From IMG/VR virus record IMGVR_UViG_3300027566_000003: a stretch of 64,000 nucleotides of DNA, one strand, 5' to 3'. Both the position numbers and the translations under genes were made by a program. Each line of letters starts with the position of its first letter. The first letter of the stretch is position 1. The DNA comes from a virus (lineage: Duplodnaviria; Caudoviricetes). Under the pieces are notes generated by a model. It worked only from the letters and a program-made list of their open reading frames with translations. It made no database searches and had not been told where the DNA came from. This document shows, piece by piece, positions 38,629 through 49,770 of the stretch.

Positions 38629-41337
38629 TTAACGTACAGGACATACCCCTGAACTACATCCATCATTTCCGATATCAAATTCTGTTTCTACTTCTTCATA
38701 TTTACTAATTAAAGAAGGAATAAATGGTTTCATTTCTGAAACTCTTCTATTATACTCTTCCTCTGTAATTGCTTCATACGGCATTAATTTATAAAATGAA
38801 TCAGATAATGATAAGAAACTTACAGCCACAACATCATCCCAATTATTATACATCCATTCTTCTACTTCTCCCCATTCATTATCACGAACCGTAACTGTAA
38901 TTGAAGCATTATGATCTACGTAGCAATCCATAAACATTTTATAATTTTCAAGTTGTTCAATTGCGGATACATCATATTTAGTTCTTCCAATAGGAGATTT
39001 TACAGGAAACTCAATAACTTTTGTTGTACATGTTTCCATTTCTTGACCTACTTCAGGAAATATAGGATAATTCAATTCTTCACAAACTTTAACTAAAGGA
39101 TCATGAGCATTAATTCTCACTCTTCTAATAAACCAATCAGATTCAGAATAATGAACTCCAGATGAAACTCCAGGAATTTGACTCAATGTGCCCTCTGGCT
39201 TGACGGTGGTTATTAATAATGATACTGGAAAACCCAATTCTTCTGCGTAAATTTTAATTGTGTCATGAGCAACTTTGCGTAATTCTCTTAATAATTCAGC
39301 TTCTTGATCTTTTGACATATCGGTAGCATTAACCATGTCTTGCCATCCAGTCAAAGAACATCCAGTAAGTCTATCTCTTTTTTGTATTATATTCCATTTT
39401 GGAAGTTCTAACTCTACGCAAGTCATACGATAACCAGCTTTTGCTGACAGTCTTTGTGCTTCCAATAAAGAAATTAAATCTAATGTACCATCAGAAACAA
39501 AAGCGTATACATTAACTGTTGTTAAGTTGCACAATCCATTTGCATCTAATAAAATTTCGGCACAATTATGTGCAACTACATTTTCTACAATCCCCCAATT
39601 AGTAGATGGTTCTGAAAAATCATAAACCTTTTGCTTATCTAATATTTTAATAGATATTACCGTTGGATTTTTCCCATAATATGCTGATAAATTTTTATTT
39701 AATGATTCTACAGCCTTACATTCTTGACAATTTTCTAACATTAATACGTGATCAGGAGTACATTTAATAACTTTATTATTGCTCAGTTGTACTTCAACAA
39801 TATCTTTTTCTCCATTACACCAAACTTTACCACTAGATATTTCCCCATTTAAATTAACAATCTTAACTTCTTTTCCATCTAATTCTTCAAATGTTTTATA
39901 TCCATCTGAGGTCAATAAATTCATATCGCCAGTGAAACAAGGATTAACCCCATTAAAGTTTGATCTACGTTTATTACCTGTAATTTCATTAACAAAAGCA
40001 GGTTCCCCTGAATATCTCATCTGTTCAACTTGCCAATGAATTTGTTCTCTTGAAGGTTTTTCTTTATAATAGATAGAATTATTACTCATTTGTCTATGAG
40101 ATAGTTCTGAATCTATTTCCCATTTTCCATTAGATGATTGTTTGTATAAGTTGCTTTTTGCTTTAATACATTCATCATCATCTGAATCAATTAAAGCAAT
40201 CAAGCTAGTCCTTCTTACTCCTCCGATTACAACATTTTCACCAATACTTGCCAACATATCTAAACAATTAATTGGTCTAAGTTTAATTTTATCTAATCCT
40301 TGAATGAGTCCTTCTTTGTTAATAATTTTATTTACTTTAGAAAACATTGATTTTAAACTTTCGTACCCTGATGCAGTTCCACCAAATGTCTTTAATCTTT
40401 CTCCTTTTGGTCTAACATAATTGTAATCAAATACAACTGTTTTAATATCTGTAAAGTCTTTATCCCATAATATCTTAAAATAATAATCTAATGCTTGACT
40501 CCAGCCACCCTTGCTATCACCTACAATGATCTTTATCATATTGTTGTTTATGAAAATAATAGATGTATTATCTTCACGTTTATCTTTAAGAACAGGAGTA
40601 TAATCTTTATGAATCACTTCTATATTTGTTTTTACTTTTGGAAGTTTAGATACGTCATTTTTTAAAATTCTAAAACCAAAACCAGAACCAATCATAAGCA
40701 AGTAAAAAGCATCTTTAAAAGATTCAAAGTTATCAATTACGGAGAAACTGCAATTAAAGTTAGAAGTAGGGTATTTTTCTGAAACTAATGTTCCACCTAT
40801 GTATAATGTTCTTCCAGACAAGAATTGTCTAAGATAAAAGATATTATCATATAATTTTTCTGCTTCTTCTACAGAAGTTGGAACTAAACTACAATTGTAT
40901 TCTACAGCCCTTTTTACTGTTTCCCACCAATATTCTCTACGTCCTTCATATGGGAGATATCTACTATATGTACGGTAATAAACAAAACTTCCTAGTTGTT
41001 TCATTGGTGATGGTAGATGTTTATATTTACTAAGGAACTCTTCACTGAGGAGACCTTTCACTTTATTTTTTCTTGTTTTATCCCTTTGATTTCTATAAAT
41101 TATATATCGTTTGGCTACATCTTTTCTATTACTTTCCATTAACATATCTTCTACAAAATCTTGAATATTTTCAACTGAGTATATATCTAGTCCAATAGAC
41201 TCAATTTTATTTGCAATTTCATGACTTAGTTTTGTATCAACACCATCTTTTGTTTCAAGCATAGCATTTTCAATTGCACGAATGATACTATTTTTATCAA
41301 AATCAACTAGTGTACTATTTCTTTTTTGTACCTTCAA
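38629..41337 (-). CDS. nrdJ: Class II (B12-dependent) ribonucleotide reductase with N-terminal ATP-cone and a mini-intein
   Basis: ATP-cone MKVQKR....DFDK..I..AI; RTYSR, SGR.L, FNCSF, VRR..LI, GVNP|C.E, T.VKPEGTLS, YCPVR-like C-terminus (CPVR). Confidence 0.92.
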   Translation of the reverse strand: MKVQKRNSTLVDFDKNSIIRAIENAMLETKDGVDTKLSHEIANKIESIGLDIYSVENIQDFVEDMLMESNRKDVAKRYIIYRNQRDKTRKNKVKGLLSEEFLSKYKHLPSPMKQLGSFVYYRTYSRYLPYEGRREYWWETVKRAVEYNCSLVPTSVEEAEKLYDNIFYLRQFLSGRTLYIGGTLVSEKYPTSNFNCSFSVIDNFESFKDAFYLLMIGSGFGFRILKNDVSKLPKVKTNIEVIHKDYTPVLKDKREDNTSIIFINNNMIKIIVGDSKGGWSQALDYYFKILWDKDFTDIKTVVFDYNYVRPKGERLKTFGGTASGYESLKSMFSKVNKIINKEGLIQGLDKIKLRPINCLDMLASIGENVVIGGVRRTSLIALIDSDDDECIKAKSNLYKQSSNGKWEIDSELSHRQMSNNSIYYKEKPSREQIHWQVEQMRYSGEPAFVNEITGNKRRSNFNGVNPCFTGDMNLLTSDGYKTFEELDGKEVKIVNLNGEISSGKVWCNGEKDIVEVQLSNNKVIKCTPDHVLMLENCQECKAVESLNKNLSAYYGKNPTVISIKILDKQKVYDFSEPSTNWGIVENVVAHNCAEILLDANGLCNLTTVNVYAFVSDGTLDLISLLEAQRLSAKAGYRMTCVELELPKWNIIQKRDRLTGCSLTGWQDMVNATDMSKDQEAELLRELRKVAHDTIKIYAEELGFPVSLLITTVKPEGTLSQIPGVSSGVHYSESDWFIRRVRINAHDPLVKVCEELNYPIFPEVGQEMETCTTKVIEFPVKSPIGRTKYDVSAIEQLENYKMFMDCYVDHNASITVTVRDNEWGEVEEWMYNNWDDVVAVSFLSLSDSFYKLMPYEAITEEEYNRRVSEMKPFIPSLISKYEEVETEFDIGNDGCSSGVCPVR
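39565..39939 (-). mobile_element. 125-aa mini-intein in RNR at the NP|C catalytic motif
   Basis: Block A CFTGDM, block B TPDH, block F VYDF, terminal AHN, +1 Cys; 375 nt; no endonuclease domain. Confidence 0.92.
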
Positions 41338-41568
41338 TTATGTATCCTCCAATATATTTATTTTATAATTATACGATGAATATCTTCTTTTAAGGTAATT
41401 ACTTACCCCAATCATATAAAACATGGCTACATTCACAACTAAAATTATTTGATAATACCCTCATCTGTTCAATTTCTTCTTTCTTCATTCTTTCACCTTT
41501 ACTATATTTCTCTAATAATTTTCTAAGTTCTCTTGTAATATCAAGAATATCCATGTCTCCATAGTTCA

Positions 41569-42030
41569 TTATGCATCACCTTCTTCCTTAACTACTAATT
41601 CAGTAGATTCTACTTTAATTTGCCATTGATAATTATTTTCTTGACTACAAATATTTTTAAACCTGAACAGAACAGGATTCAAATTGTCAGGAGAGTCTTT
41701 ATTAATATATCTCTTACATTCATTACATTGTTCACATTCTGAATAATTACATAGTCCATATGTCACCAAGCCTTAATCTTCCATCCTTTCATTATTATTT
41801 TCTTTATTATTTAGAAACCACCCTCTGCCAAATGGTATCATAGGGTCTCTTTTATAATAAGCACCTTTATTGGTATCTTGGTCAACTATAAATGCGAAGT
41901 TAATTTTATCATCAGTATAGTTTTGTTTATATTCTTCAAAACTTATCTGAATCCAATTACAATCTCTACCATGTAATGTTTTTATGTAATTCACCTTCTT
42001 TATGTATGATTTTATATAGCAAGAGTTCAA
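41569..42030 (-). other. Two small hypothetical ORFs
   Basis: ORF track 41569-41769 (Cys-rich) and 41773-42030. Confidence 0.45.
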
Positions 42031-42339
42031 TTAGTATTGCAAATAGGATATGTGATCAAACCCTTGCCATTATGAGATATTTTATTTTGTACTTTATATT
42101 ATGATAATAGTTTGTGATTATTCACCAATACGTTTGTAGTAAAATCCTTTGAAAGAGATATTTTATTGGTTTTATAGTTTTGAAAAACGGAGCATTTGGG
42201 AGTAAATTGAAGTATAAGCGAGTATGAGAGAGGTGTTTTTTGGAATTGATGGATTTTTTGTTGGTTTTATAGATTTTACATGATAATTACCTTCTTTTGG
42301 TTAGAATTTTTTAGTGATATTTGTACCTGCTTGATAATT

Positions 42340-42369
42340 ATTATACAATAGATTAGGATTGTAAGTCAA
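42340..42369 (-). promoter_or_regulatory. SigA-type promoter
   Basis: TTGACT, 18-nt spacer, TATAAT on the minus strand. Confidence 0.65.
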
Positions 42370-42371
42370 CA

Positions 42372-45300
42372 TTATTTATTTTCTATTTTTAAGGGTAACA
42401 GCAGGTCTTTCAAAAACGTTTTTCTGTTTAAATTTTCGCTTTTTCTCAAAGCACTTTCTATTGTGTCTACAGTTCCAATATTATATATAAATTTTTTCGT
42501 TCTAGTATACATTACATAAAGTAAATTTCTATTTAAGAAAAATTTATGAGTTGGTGGGGTAATAACTATTACATAGTTGTACCCTGACCCTTGAGATCGA
42601 TGCCCAGATATTGCATATCCAAGTATTAAATCTCTTATGTCATCATTTCTATATAATACTAATTGCCCATTAAAATCAACAACCATGTATGGGATGCCTT
42701 TAGTATTTTTACCTACTTTAATTATTTTACCATCATCACCATTAAATATCTCTGTTAGTGACTCTTCTTTTTTAAGTTGGTCTTCGTGTTCAAATACAGG
42801 AGCTTTATAATTATTTACAATTTGCATTACTCTATCGTTGACTCTAAAACTAATTTCAAATTTCTGTCTGATATATGATAATTCCATATTCCCATTTGAT
42901 GGATTAATCAAATCTTGTATTAAAGAATTTATTTTATATGTACCATGTTCACCAACATTGTAAGCTGAAATTATTATTATATCATCGGCTGTTCCACCTT
43001 TCTCTTGCATTTTTTTGTATGCAGTTAATATTTTTTCAGTTAAATTATCTTTAGAAGTAGGTACAAATATAAAATCATCACCAAATTTTTGAACACCATC
43101 ACCCAATAAAAAATCATTCCCATTTCGAGTATCAGTTGCAACTTTAGCCAATCCACCATCTTTATATCTAAATACTTTATCAAGGAATATCACTGGGAAT
43201 ATTCCGCAATTAATAATATCTTGCATACAGTTTCCACAACCAACACTAGGTATTTGTGCCGGATCGCAAATAAATATAAGTTTACTTCTTTTTCTATCTA
43301 TTGCCCTCAATAAACTTTTCATCAAAAACACATCTATCATTGTAGCTTCGTCTACTAATATGTAATCATATGGTAATTTATTATTCTCATTAAACATAAA
43401 TCCTTCTGCTGGATTAAAGGCTAACCCCCTATGGATTGTACTTGCTGGACGGTTTGTATTCTGGTAAAAGTTTTTAGATGCTTTGCCAGTTGGAGCAAAA
43501 AGCACATATGAGTAGTTATTGTCATCCAACATATCCAATAGTATTTTTGTACTCGCTGTCTTCCCACAATTGCCAGTAATAAATATTTTATTATTTCTTC
43601 TTAATACCAATATTCCTGATGGCACAGTGAAACAGTATTTGTAACCGTCTAATGTTTTATATTTGTCTATTTTGGTAATAGTGTGGTCTTCCCTTTTGTC
43701 TGTACATAAAGATATTAAAGTTCTTTTTGTAAATTGCACACCATATTCAATAGACTTTCTTATGTATACTTTATTTGCAGTAATATATTCTTGATTTACT
43801 CTATCTAGGGTATCAATGGTTGCTTTATAACCACATGTAACCCCTACAAACTGTATAAAATCTGCATCTGACTTAATTGTAGTGAACCATCTATTTTTCT
43901 TTTTATAATCTCCATCCCAATAAAATATTTCATCAAAAATAATCTCGAATTGTTCTCTCGTACAATTATACCATTTATCCGTAAATGTTTTTTCATTATC
44001 TGTATAATAAAATTTATATACATTATATCCTTCTGCCCCATTTAGTATTTCATACTTAATATTATTTTTTGTTAATAGGTACTCTATTCGTTCCTTTTTT
44101 CTTTGTTTCTTTACATTGATATAACAATCAAAAGGTTTATACTTACTTTTAAAACTACCATCAGCTTTAATTGCAACTTTTAATCTTATTTCCCATTCGT
44201 TATAGGACAATCCTTTACCTTCATAATTAAAAGTTGTAATAAACTTTCCGAGAAAACCTGTTTTTTCATGATTTTCTCTAACTTCTTTAAATGATTTATG
44301 ATATAAATTATTTTTTGAGGTTATATAATATACTTCATGTTCGTCACATAAACATTGATCTAATCCATATTTGGTTTCAAAATGCCATAAATAATCTTCT
44401 GGATATTTATGATATTTTAAAGGACTTACTAACTCGGCACTTCCATCTTTATTATATTGTAATACATAATCACCATCTTTGTATTCAGATATTCTTTTCC
44501 ATTCCACTCCATTAAAATATTCTGTATCACAATCAACACATCCCGCATTCCCTGCTAAAACGAAGAAATTATATTTACTGGCATACTCTATAGACAGTTT
44601 TTGTTTATCGGTTAATTCAAATTCATCAATTTTATTATATTTTGAACAATCAATATCATAAACTCTAGGTTCACTTACAATTTCTAATAATTTTTCTGCG
44701 ACCTCTTTTTCACACAAATATGTTTGTCTTTTAGAAATTCTTTTTCCTTCTTTGTCAAAATAAATTCTATCATTGTGTTCCAAAACTCCTTTAAATTCTT
44801 GCATACACTGAGGAGTTGTTTTACTACATTCTGAATACAATTCATTAGTTTTTATCCATGTGTTACCACTTTCTTCATTTTGCTCTAGAATATATATTAT
44901 ACATTCTGTCATTCTGTATCTTGAATTTGCTAATGATTTGTTTTTACTTAGTATTTTTAAATCTGCTGTTTTAAATCCAATACCACCTATAGAAACTAAA
45001 CACTGATAGGGATTTTCATCCATTTTTTCTTTAAGCAAATCAAAAGAATTGTAGGCATCATATATTTTTTGTATTTGATTAAGTGTAAGTTCATATTCCT
45101 TATATTCATTTATAATATTAAAAAACATTATATTATTGTTAATTTTTTCAGTTATTTTTTTCAGAGTTAATTCTCCCAAACCATATACCTTACTTGTATC
45201 TATTTCATCTTCTTTACCTTTGATAATTGTTTTAATAAAGTTTGGATAAACTTTTAAAATACTATCTGTTAATTTATCCCCTATAAGTTCAGATAAAAAA

Positions 45301-45575
45301 TTAAATGATTCATTTTCATTCATATCCATAGGGTTATTTATAAACTTTTTAACTATATAACTTTCATATTTACCTTTTTTTTCGTATTCGACCTCCAACT
45401 CATATTCTTTTCCTTCAACCATAGATGGCAATTCACCTTTTATAGTAATATTGCCATAATCTGATAAAACTATTTTATCTAAGCAAGAATCGTTTGGATA
45501 AAATCCATACATCTTAAAGAACCCTTTTTGGAAAAATGGTTCCCCTGATACATAACCTTTTATAACAATACTCAA
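42372..45575 (-). CDS. recD2: RecD2/TraA-family SF1B helicase with an intein
   Basis: HhH GIGFKTAD; Walker A AGNAG|CGKT; FAPTGKA, STIHR, LVDEA, DPAQIPSV, AISGHRSQGS, NRNLLYV.YTR. Confidence 0.9.
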   Translation of the reverse strand: MSIVIKGYVSGEPFFQKGFFKMYGFYPNDSCLDKIVLSDYGNITIKGELPSMVEGKEYELEVEYEKKGKYESYIVKKFINNPMDMNENESFNFLSELIGDKLTDSILKVYPNFIKTIIKGKEDEIDTSKVYGLGELTLKKITEKINNNIMFFNIINEYKEYELTLNQIQKIYDAYNSFDLLKEKMDENPYQCLVSIGGIGFKTADLKILSKNKSLANSRYRMTECIIYILEQNEESGNTWIKTNELYSECSKTTPQCMQEFKGVLEHNDRIYFDKEGKRISKRQTYLCEKEVAEKLLEIVSEPRVYDIDCSKYNKIDEFELTDKQKLSIEYASKYNFFVLAGNAGCVDCDTEYFNGVEWKRISEYKDGDYVLQYNKDGSAELVSPLKYHKYPEDYLWHFETKYGLDQCLCDEHEVYYITSKNNLYHKSFKEVRENHEKTGFLGKFITTFNYEGKGLSYNEWEIRLKVAIKADGSFKSKYKPFDCYINVKKQRKKERIEYLLTKNNIKYEILNGAEGYNVYKFYYTDNEKTFTDKWYNCTREQFEIIFDEIFYWDGDYKKKNRWFTTIKSDADFIQFVGVTCGYKATIDTLDRVNQEYITANKVYIRKSIEYGVQFTKRTLISLCTDKREDHTITKIDKYKTLDGYKYCFTVPSGILVLRRNNKIFITGNCGKTASTKILLDMLDDNNYSYVLFAPTGKASKNFYQNTNRPASTIHRGLAFNPAEGFMFNENNKLPYDYILVDEATMIDVFLMKSLLRAIDRKRSKLIFICDPAQIPSVGCGNCMQDIINCGIFPVIFLDKVFRYKDGGLAKVATDTRNGNDFLLGDGVQKFGDDFIFVPTSKDNLTEKILTAYKKMQEKGGTADDIIIISAYNVGEHGTYKINSLIQDLINPSNGNMELSYIRQKFEISFRVNDRVMQIVNNYKAPVFEHEDQLKKEESLTEIFNGDDGKIIKVGKNTKGIPYMVVDFNGQLVLYRNDDIRDLILGYAISGHRSQGSGYNYVIVITPPTHKFFLNRNLLYVMYTRTKKFIYNIGTVDTIESALRKSENLNRKTFLKDLLLPLKIENK
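43569..44540 (-). mobile_element. 324-aa intein with LAGLIDADG-type endonuclease in the RecD2 P-loop
   Basis: Starts CVDCDT, has AIKADG and FYWDG motifs, block F YCFTVPSG, ends ITGN; +1 Cys. Confidence 0.88.
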
Positions 45576-45595
45576 ACTTCACCCTCCTTTATAGA

Positions 45596-48500
45596 TTACA
45601 TAGAAATTATATTGTTTAATTTTCTATCATCTATCCAATCTTCTATAGTTTTAATTTTTTTAATAATAAATGTATCTTCATTTGATTTTTCTGCATAAAA
45701 CGCCAGTTTATTATTTTTCTTTATAAAGTCTATGTATTTAGAATATATACTAGACCATGCTATCCCTTCTAATAAACCATTACTTTCATAAACATTAATA
45801 TACGCATAATCCTTTTTGTGTCGATCTTTTTTCTTTTGTATCCTTGATATAATACCAATAATTACACACTCATCTCCTATTTCACAATCATAGAAATTTT
45901 CATTATTATATTGAACTATTTCATTAAATGGATTATCGCTGAGGAAAATAGTTAAAGCTTCAAACTCCCAAAATTGCTGATTTTGCATATATTTTTCTTT
46001 AAACTCTTTAATAGCATTTTCTTTAACTTCATTTTGTTGTTTTAACCAATCTTGATATTTAGTTGTTTCGTGCTCAATTCTCCTCTTTTCATTATATAGT
46101 TTAAGTCTTTTTTCTTTGTCTTTTATAACATCAGTATCTATAAACCACTTAGTTTTTAGTTCTAATAAAGTTGGTAAACTTTTAACGTCAGAATATGGTT
46201 TATATTCTTTGTCAGTCTTTACATACTTTTCTGCATACCTTAAAAGCATATTATTTTTATCTTTTGTTGGTAAAGCACCCGATTTAATTAGCATTACTAC
46301 TTGTGCAGAGCTACATTGCACCCTGTTTATAAAATTATCTAATCCTTCAAATTTGCCATTTTGATCTCTTTCATTTATTATGTTTTGAACAATCTTCTCT
46401 CCAACTTGATTGATTGAATTTAAACCAAATAGTATATTTTTATTGTCTACATTAAATTTAAAATCAGATTTATTTATGTGTGGAGGAAAAACTTGTATTC
46501 CTAATTCTTGCGCTTCAACAAGATATTTATTTAATTTACCATTATCACCTTCACAGGCATTAAATACTTCACAATAAAATTCTACTGGATAATGTGCTTT
46601 TAGATAAGCTGTTTGTAGAGTGATAACCCCATAAAGAGCAGAATGTGATTTGTTAAACATGTAAGACCCCTTGGATCGTAAATCATCACTAATTATTTTT
46701 GCTATTTCTTCACTGTAGTTATTATTTTCAATCTCTTTATACAATTTATCAGATTCTTTTTTTACAATATCATGGTCTTTTTTTCCTATGCCTTTCCTAA
46801 ATTTATCAGCACCACCATATGTTCTTCCACCAAATTTTCTTACTATGTCCATCAGTTGTTCTTGATAAATCATCTGCCCATTTGTTGTTTCTAATATCAA
46901 TCTCATATCTTCATGTATGTATTTAATTTCATTTATATGATGCTTATAATAAATATAATCTTCTAGGTAACTCATGCTATCTGGTCTATAAAGTGCTAGA
47001 ACTGCTGAAATATCTTCTAATGATGTTGGTTGAAGTCTTAATAATAAGTCTTTCATGCCTTGCGATTCTACTTGAAAAACATTATTTGTTTTTCCACTTT
47101 GAAGTAACTTATACATTTTTTCATCATTTAAAAATTTAGGATTATTCGGGTCTAAATCCCAATCTGATAATCCAATGCGTTTTTTAACACCATCAATAAT
47201 TATTAGATTTTTTAATCCTAAAATATCAAACTTAATAATACCTATTTCTTCAATCATTATTTTATCTACTTGAATAACATGTTCGCCTTTTTCACCTAGT
47301 TTCATAGGCATATAGTCATTTATACTTGTGTCAACTATTCCAACCCCACCTGCATGTGTAGATACATGTCTAATTCTTCCACTTAGCATTCTAGCAATAT
47401 CGAATAGTTCTTTATATACTTCATTATTATATTTTCTTATTGTATCACCATTTAATTCAATACATTTATCAAATTCTTTTTCAGTAAATAATTTAGCTAT
47501 ATTATTTATTGTGGCACTAGGAATAAGTGGTTTGCCATTTTCATCTTTCAATATTCTTCCAACGTCTTTAATAGCAACAACTGGTGTAATTGATGCTAAA
47601 TTTAATACTTGGCAAACTCGCATTTCTCCATATTTTTTCATTAAATATTCTATAACCAATTCTCTATAAGCAAAATCAAGATCAATATCAGGCATACTTA
47701 CACGTTCTTTGTTTAAGAATCTTTCAAAAATTAAATTATAGTCAATTGGATCGAGTGCAGATATACCAAGTAGATAACACACAACTGATCCACCTGCACT
47801 ACCTCGACCTGCACCAACAGGGTAGTCATTTTCTTTGCAGAAATTAATATAATCCCATACTATAAGAAAGTAACCACAAAAACCCATTTCATCAATAACT
47901 TCTAATTCATGTTCAAGTCGTTCCTTCCTTATTTTTTGTTCATCAAAGGTTCGTTTATCATACCCTCTATTAAACCAACCAATATCTTGTGTTAAATGTT
48001 GTAAATATTCTTTGTTACTATTAAAACCTTCTGGTAATGGGAAAGTAGGTAATTGTGGAGATTGAAATGGCATATTAACCACTTCAATTAAATCTGCAAT
48101 AATATCTGTGTTTTTCAATCCAATGTCAACATTCTCTTTGCCAATTTGATTGTCCATTATTTCATGTATTTCTTCATCAGATTGCATATAACAACCTTCG
48201 TATAATTCTGACATTGTATCCGTATCTCTTGCTATTTGAACATGTCTTGCTTGATATTTTAAGTGTTCTTTGACCGCAACATGACTATCAGTTGTAATTA
48301 CAAAAGGCGTGTTTGTTTCTTGGGATAATTTTATTATTTTTTGATTGTAAGTTTGTTGATTTTGATGAGATTGCATTTCTAAATAAAAGTGAGGAAATAT
48401 GTTTTTATATTCATTGACGTATTCAATACATTTATTATAATTATCTTCTCTGGCTATTTTGCTTGCTAAACATGCACTTAATATAATAAGATTTTGTGCA

Positions 48501-48874
48501 TGTGGTTTTAGCATATTTAAATCTACTCTTGGTTTATAATATTTACCCTCAAATTCACTTTTTGTAATTAATTGATTTAAAGATTTCCTTCCCTGTTCGT
48601 TTTTAGCAAGTGCAACTAAATGAAAATATTTATTATCTTTGTCTTTAACACTAGTATCAAAACATTCATAGAATTCTACTCCATAAACCATTTTAATCTC
48701 AGGATATTCTTTTTTTAATATATCAAAATAAGGCCATGAATAAGCAACACCATGCTCTGTAATAGCAAATCCTTTTAGACCTATTTCTTTTGCTCTATCC
48801 AACATTTCTTTTGGGGTTCCAAGGCCGTCTTGCAAGCTGTACATGCTATGGTTGTGTAAGGAACTGTAACTCAT
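45596..48874 (-). CDS. dnaE: DNA polymerase III alpha subunit
   Basis: LHNHS.YSL.DG (PHP domain), GRGSAGGS, R.SMPDIDLDF, HAGG, KFDILGL, FNKSHS..Y. Confidence 0.95.
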   Translation of the reverse strand: MSYSSLHNHSMYSLQDGLGTPKEMLDRAKEIGLKGFAITEHGVAYSWPYFDILKKEYPEIKMVYGVEFYECFDTSVKDKDNKYFHLVALAKNEQGRKSLNQLITKSEFEGKYYKPRVDLNMLKPHAQNLIILSACLASKIAREDNYNKCIEYVNEYKNIFPHFYLEMQSHQNQQTYNQKIIKLSQETNTPFVITTDSHVAVKEHLKYQARHVQIARDTDTMSELYEGCYMQSDEEIHEIMDNQIGKENVDIGLKNTDIIADLIEVVNMPFQSPQLPTFPLPEGFNSNKEYLQHLTQDIGWFNRGYDKRTFDEQKIRKERLEHELEVIDEMGFCGYFLIVWDYINFCKENDYPVGAGRGSAGGSVVCYLLGISALDPIDYNLIFERFLNKERVSMPDIDLDFAYRELVIEYLMKKYGEMRVCQVLNLASITPVVAIKDVGRILKDENGKPLIPSATINNIAKLFTEKEFDKCIELNGDTIRKYNNEVYKELFDIARMLSGRIRHVSTHAGGVGIVDTSINDYMPMKLGEKGEHVIQVDKIMIEEIGIIKFDILGLKNLIIIDGVKKRIGLSDWDLDPNNPKFLNDEKMYKLLQSGKTNNVFQVESQGMKDLLLRLQPTSLEDISAVLALYRPDSMSYLEDYIYYKHHINEIKYIHEDMRLILETTNGQMIYQEQLMDIVRKFGGRTYGGADKFRKGIGKKDHDIVKKESDKLYKEIENNNYSEEIAKIISDDLRSKGSYMFNKSHSALYGVITLQTAYLKAHYPVEFYCEVFNACEGDNGKLNKYLVEAQELGIQVFPPHINKSDFKFNVDNKNILFGLNSINQVGEKIVQNIINERDQNGKFEGLDNFINRVQCSSAQVVMLIKSGALPTKDKNNMLLRYAEKYVKTDKEYKPYSDVKSLPTLLELKTKWFIDTDVIKDKEKRLKLYNEKRRIEHETTKYQDWLKQQNEVKENAIKEFKEKYMQNQQFWEFEALTIFLSDNPFNEIVQYNNENFYDCEIGDECVIIGIISRIQKKKDRHKKDYAYINVYESNGLLEGIAWSSIYSKYIDFIKKNNKLAFYAEKSNEDTFIIKKIKTIEDWIDDRKLNNIISM

Positions 48875-48885
48875 TATATCACATC

Positions 48886-49752
48886 CTATATATTGTATTG
48901 TTCAAATAAATGTCTTTGCGGAGCAAATTTTTCGCCAAATAAATCTTTTTCTGCCTTCAATCTCGCCACTATAGCATCTTCAAAATTATCATGATAACCC
49001 AAAAATATTCTTTTATAATTATATTTAATTTGCGCTAACCAATTATTATCTCTTTCCCACCAGCAAACTCCTATAATCCCACTTTTATTATCATATCTTT
49101 TACTTTGATTAAAAGAATTTAATTGATTAGTGGCAAATCTTAAATTTGTTTTTCTATTGTCTTTTCTATTTCTATTAATATGATCAATTTGTATATTGTC
49201 TGGAACATTAATAATAAACCGATGCATTCTAAATCCTATACGATTTTTGGTTCCAACCACATAACCATCGCTTCCTGTGATCCATGTAAAATTCTTAATT
49301 AAATAATAATCTTCCAAATCAAAGTAAAATTTATCATTTTTATTTGTTGTCCATCCTATTCCATATTCTCCAGATAAATCATATGTATTATATTTTTTGT
49401 TTGCCTCAATGGTTAAACATCCACATGAATGACTTCCATTATTTCTAAGTTTTCTGCCATCAATTATTTTTCTAGTCTTCTTTTCACATTGGCATTCACA
49501 TAACCACATATCTTTATTGTCGTGCATTATTACTAACCACCTACCAAATAATTTACCTGTTAAATCTGGTAGTCCACCACATCCACAATCTTGATTATTT
49601 TTTATCATTGCACCAATTTTTATCCTTTGAGTATGTTTATGACAATCGCATTCTACCAACCACAAAGAAGCACCATGTTTATTGAAACCTTTATGCTCCA
49701 ACACTTTCCAATTATTAATTTTTTGTCCAGTTAGATCTTTAAATTTTGGCAT
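48886..49752 (-). CDS. Free-standing HNH homing endonuclease with AP2-like C-terminal domain
   Basis: DLTG..F..W repeats; MHR...IDHINR.RKDNR..NLR; SG..GV.W....W.A.I....LG. Confidence 0.85.
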   Translation of the reverse strand: MPKFKDLTGQKINNWKVLEHKGFNKHGASLWLVECDCHKHTQRIKIGAMIKNNQDCGCGGLPDLTGKLFGRWLVIMHDNKDMWLCECQCEKKTRKIIDGRKLRNNGSHSCGCLTIEANKKYNTYDLSGEYGIGWTTNKNDKFYFDLEDYYLIKNFTWITGSDGYVVGTKNRIGFRMHRFIINVPDNIQIDHINRNRKDNRKTNLRFATNQLNSFNQSKRYDNKSGIIGVCWWERDNNWLAQIKYNYKRIFLGYHDNFEDAIVARLKAEKDLFGEKFAPQRHLFEQYNI

Positions 49753-49770
49753 ATATCAACCTACCTTTTA

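Noticed and set aside
45596-48874. Intein or intron in DnaE
   Set aside because: Normal length, and conserved motifs are contiguous with no Cys...His-Asn insertion.
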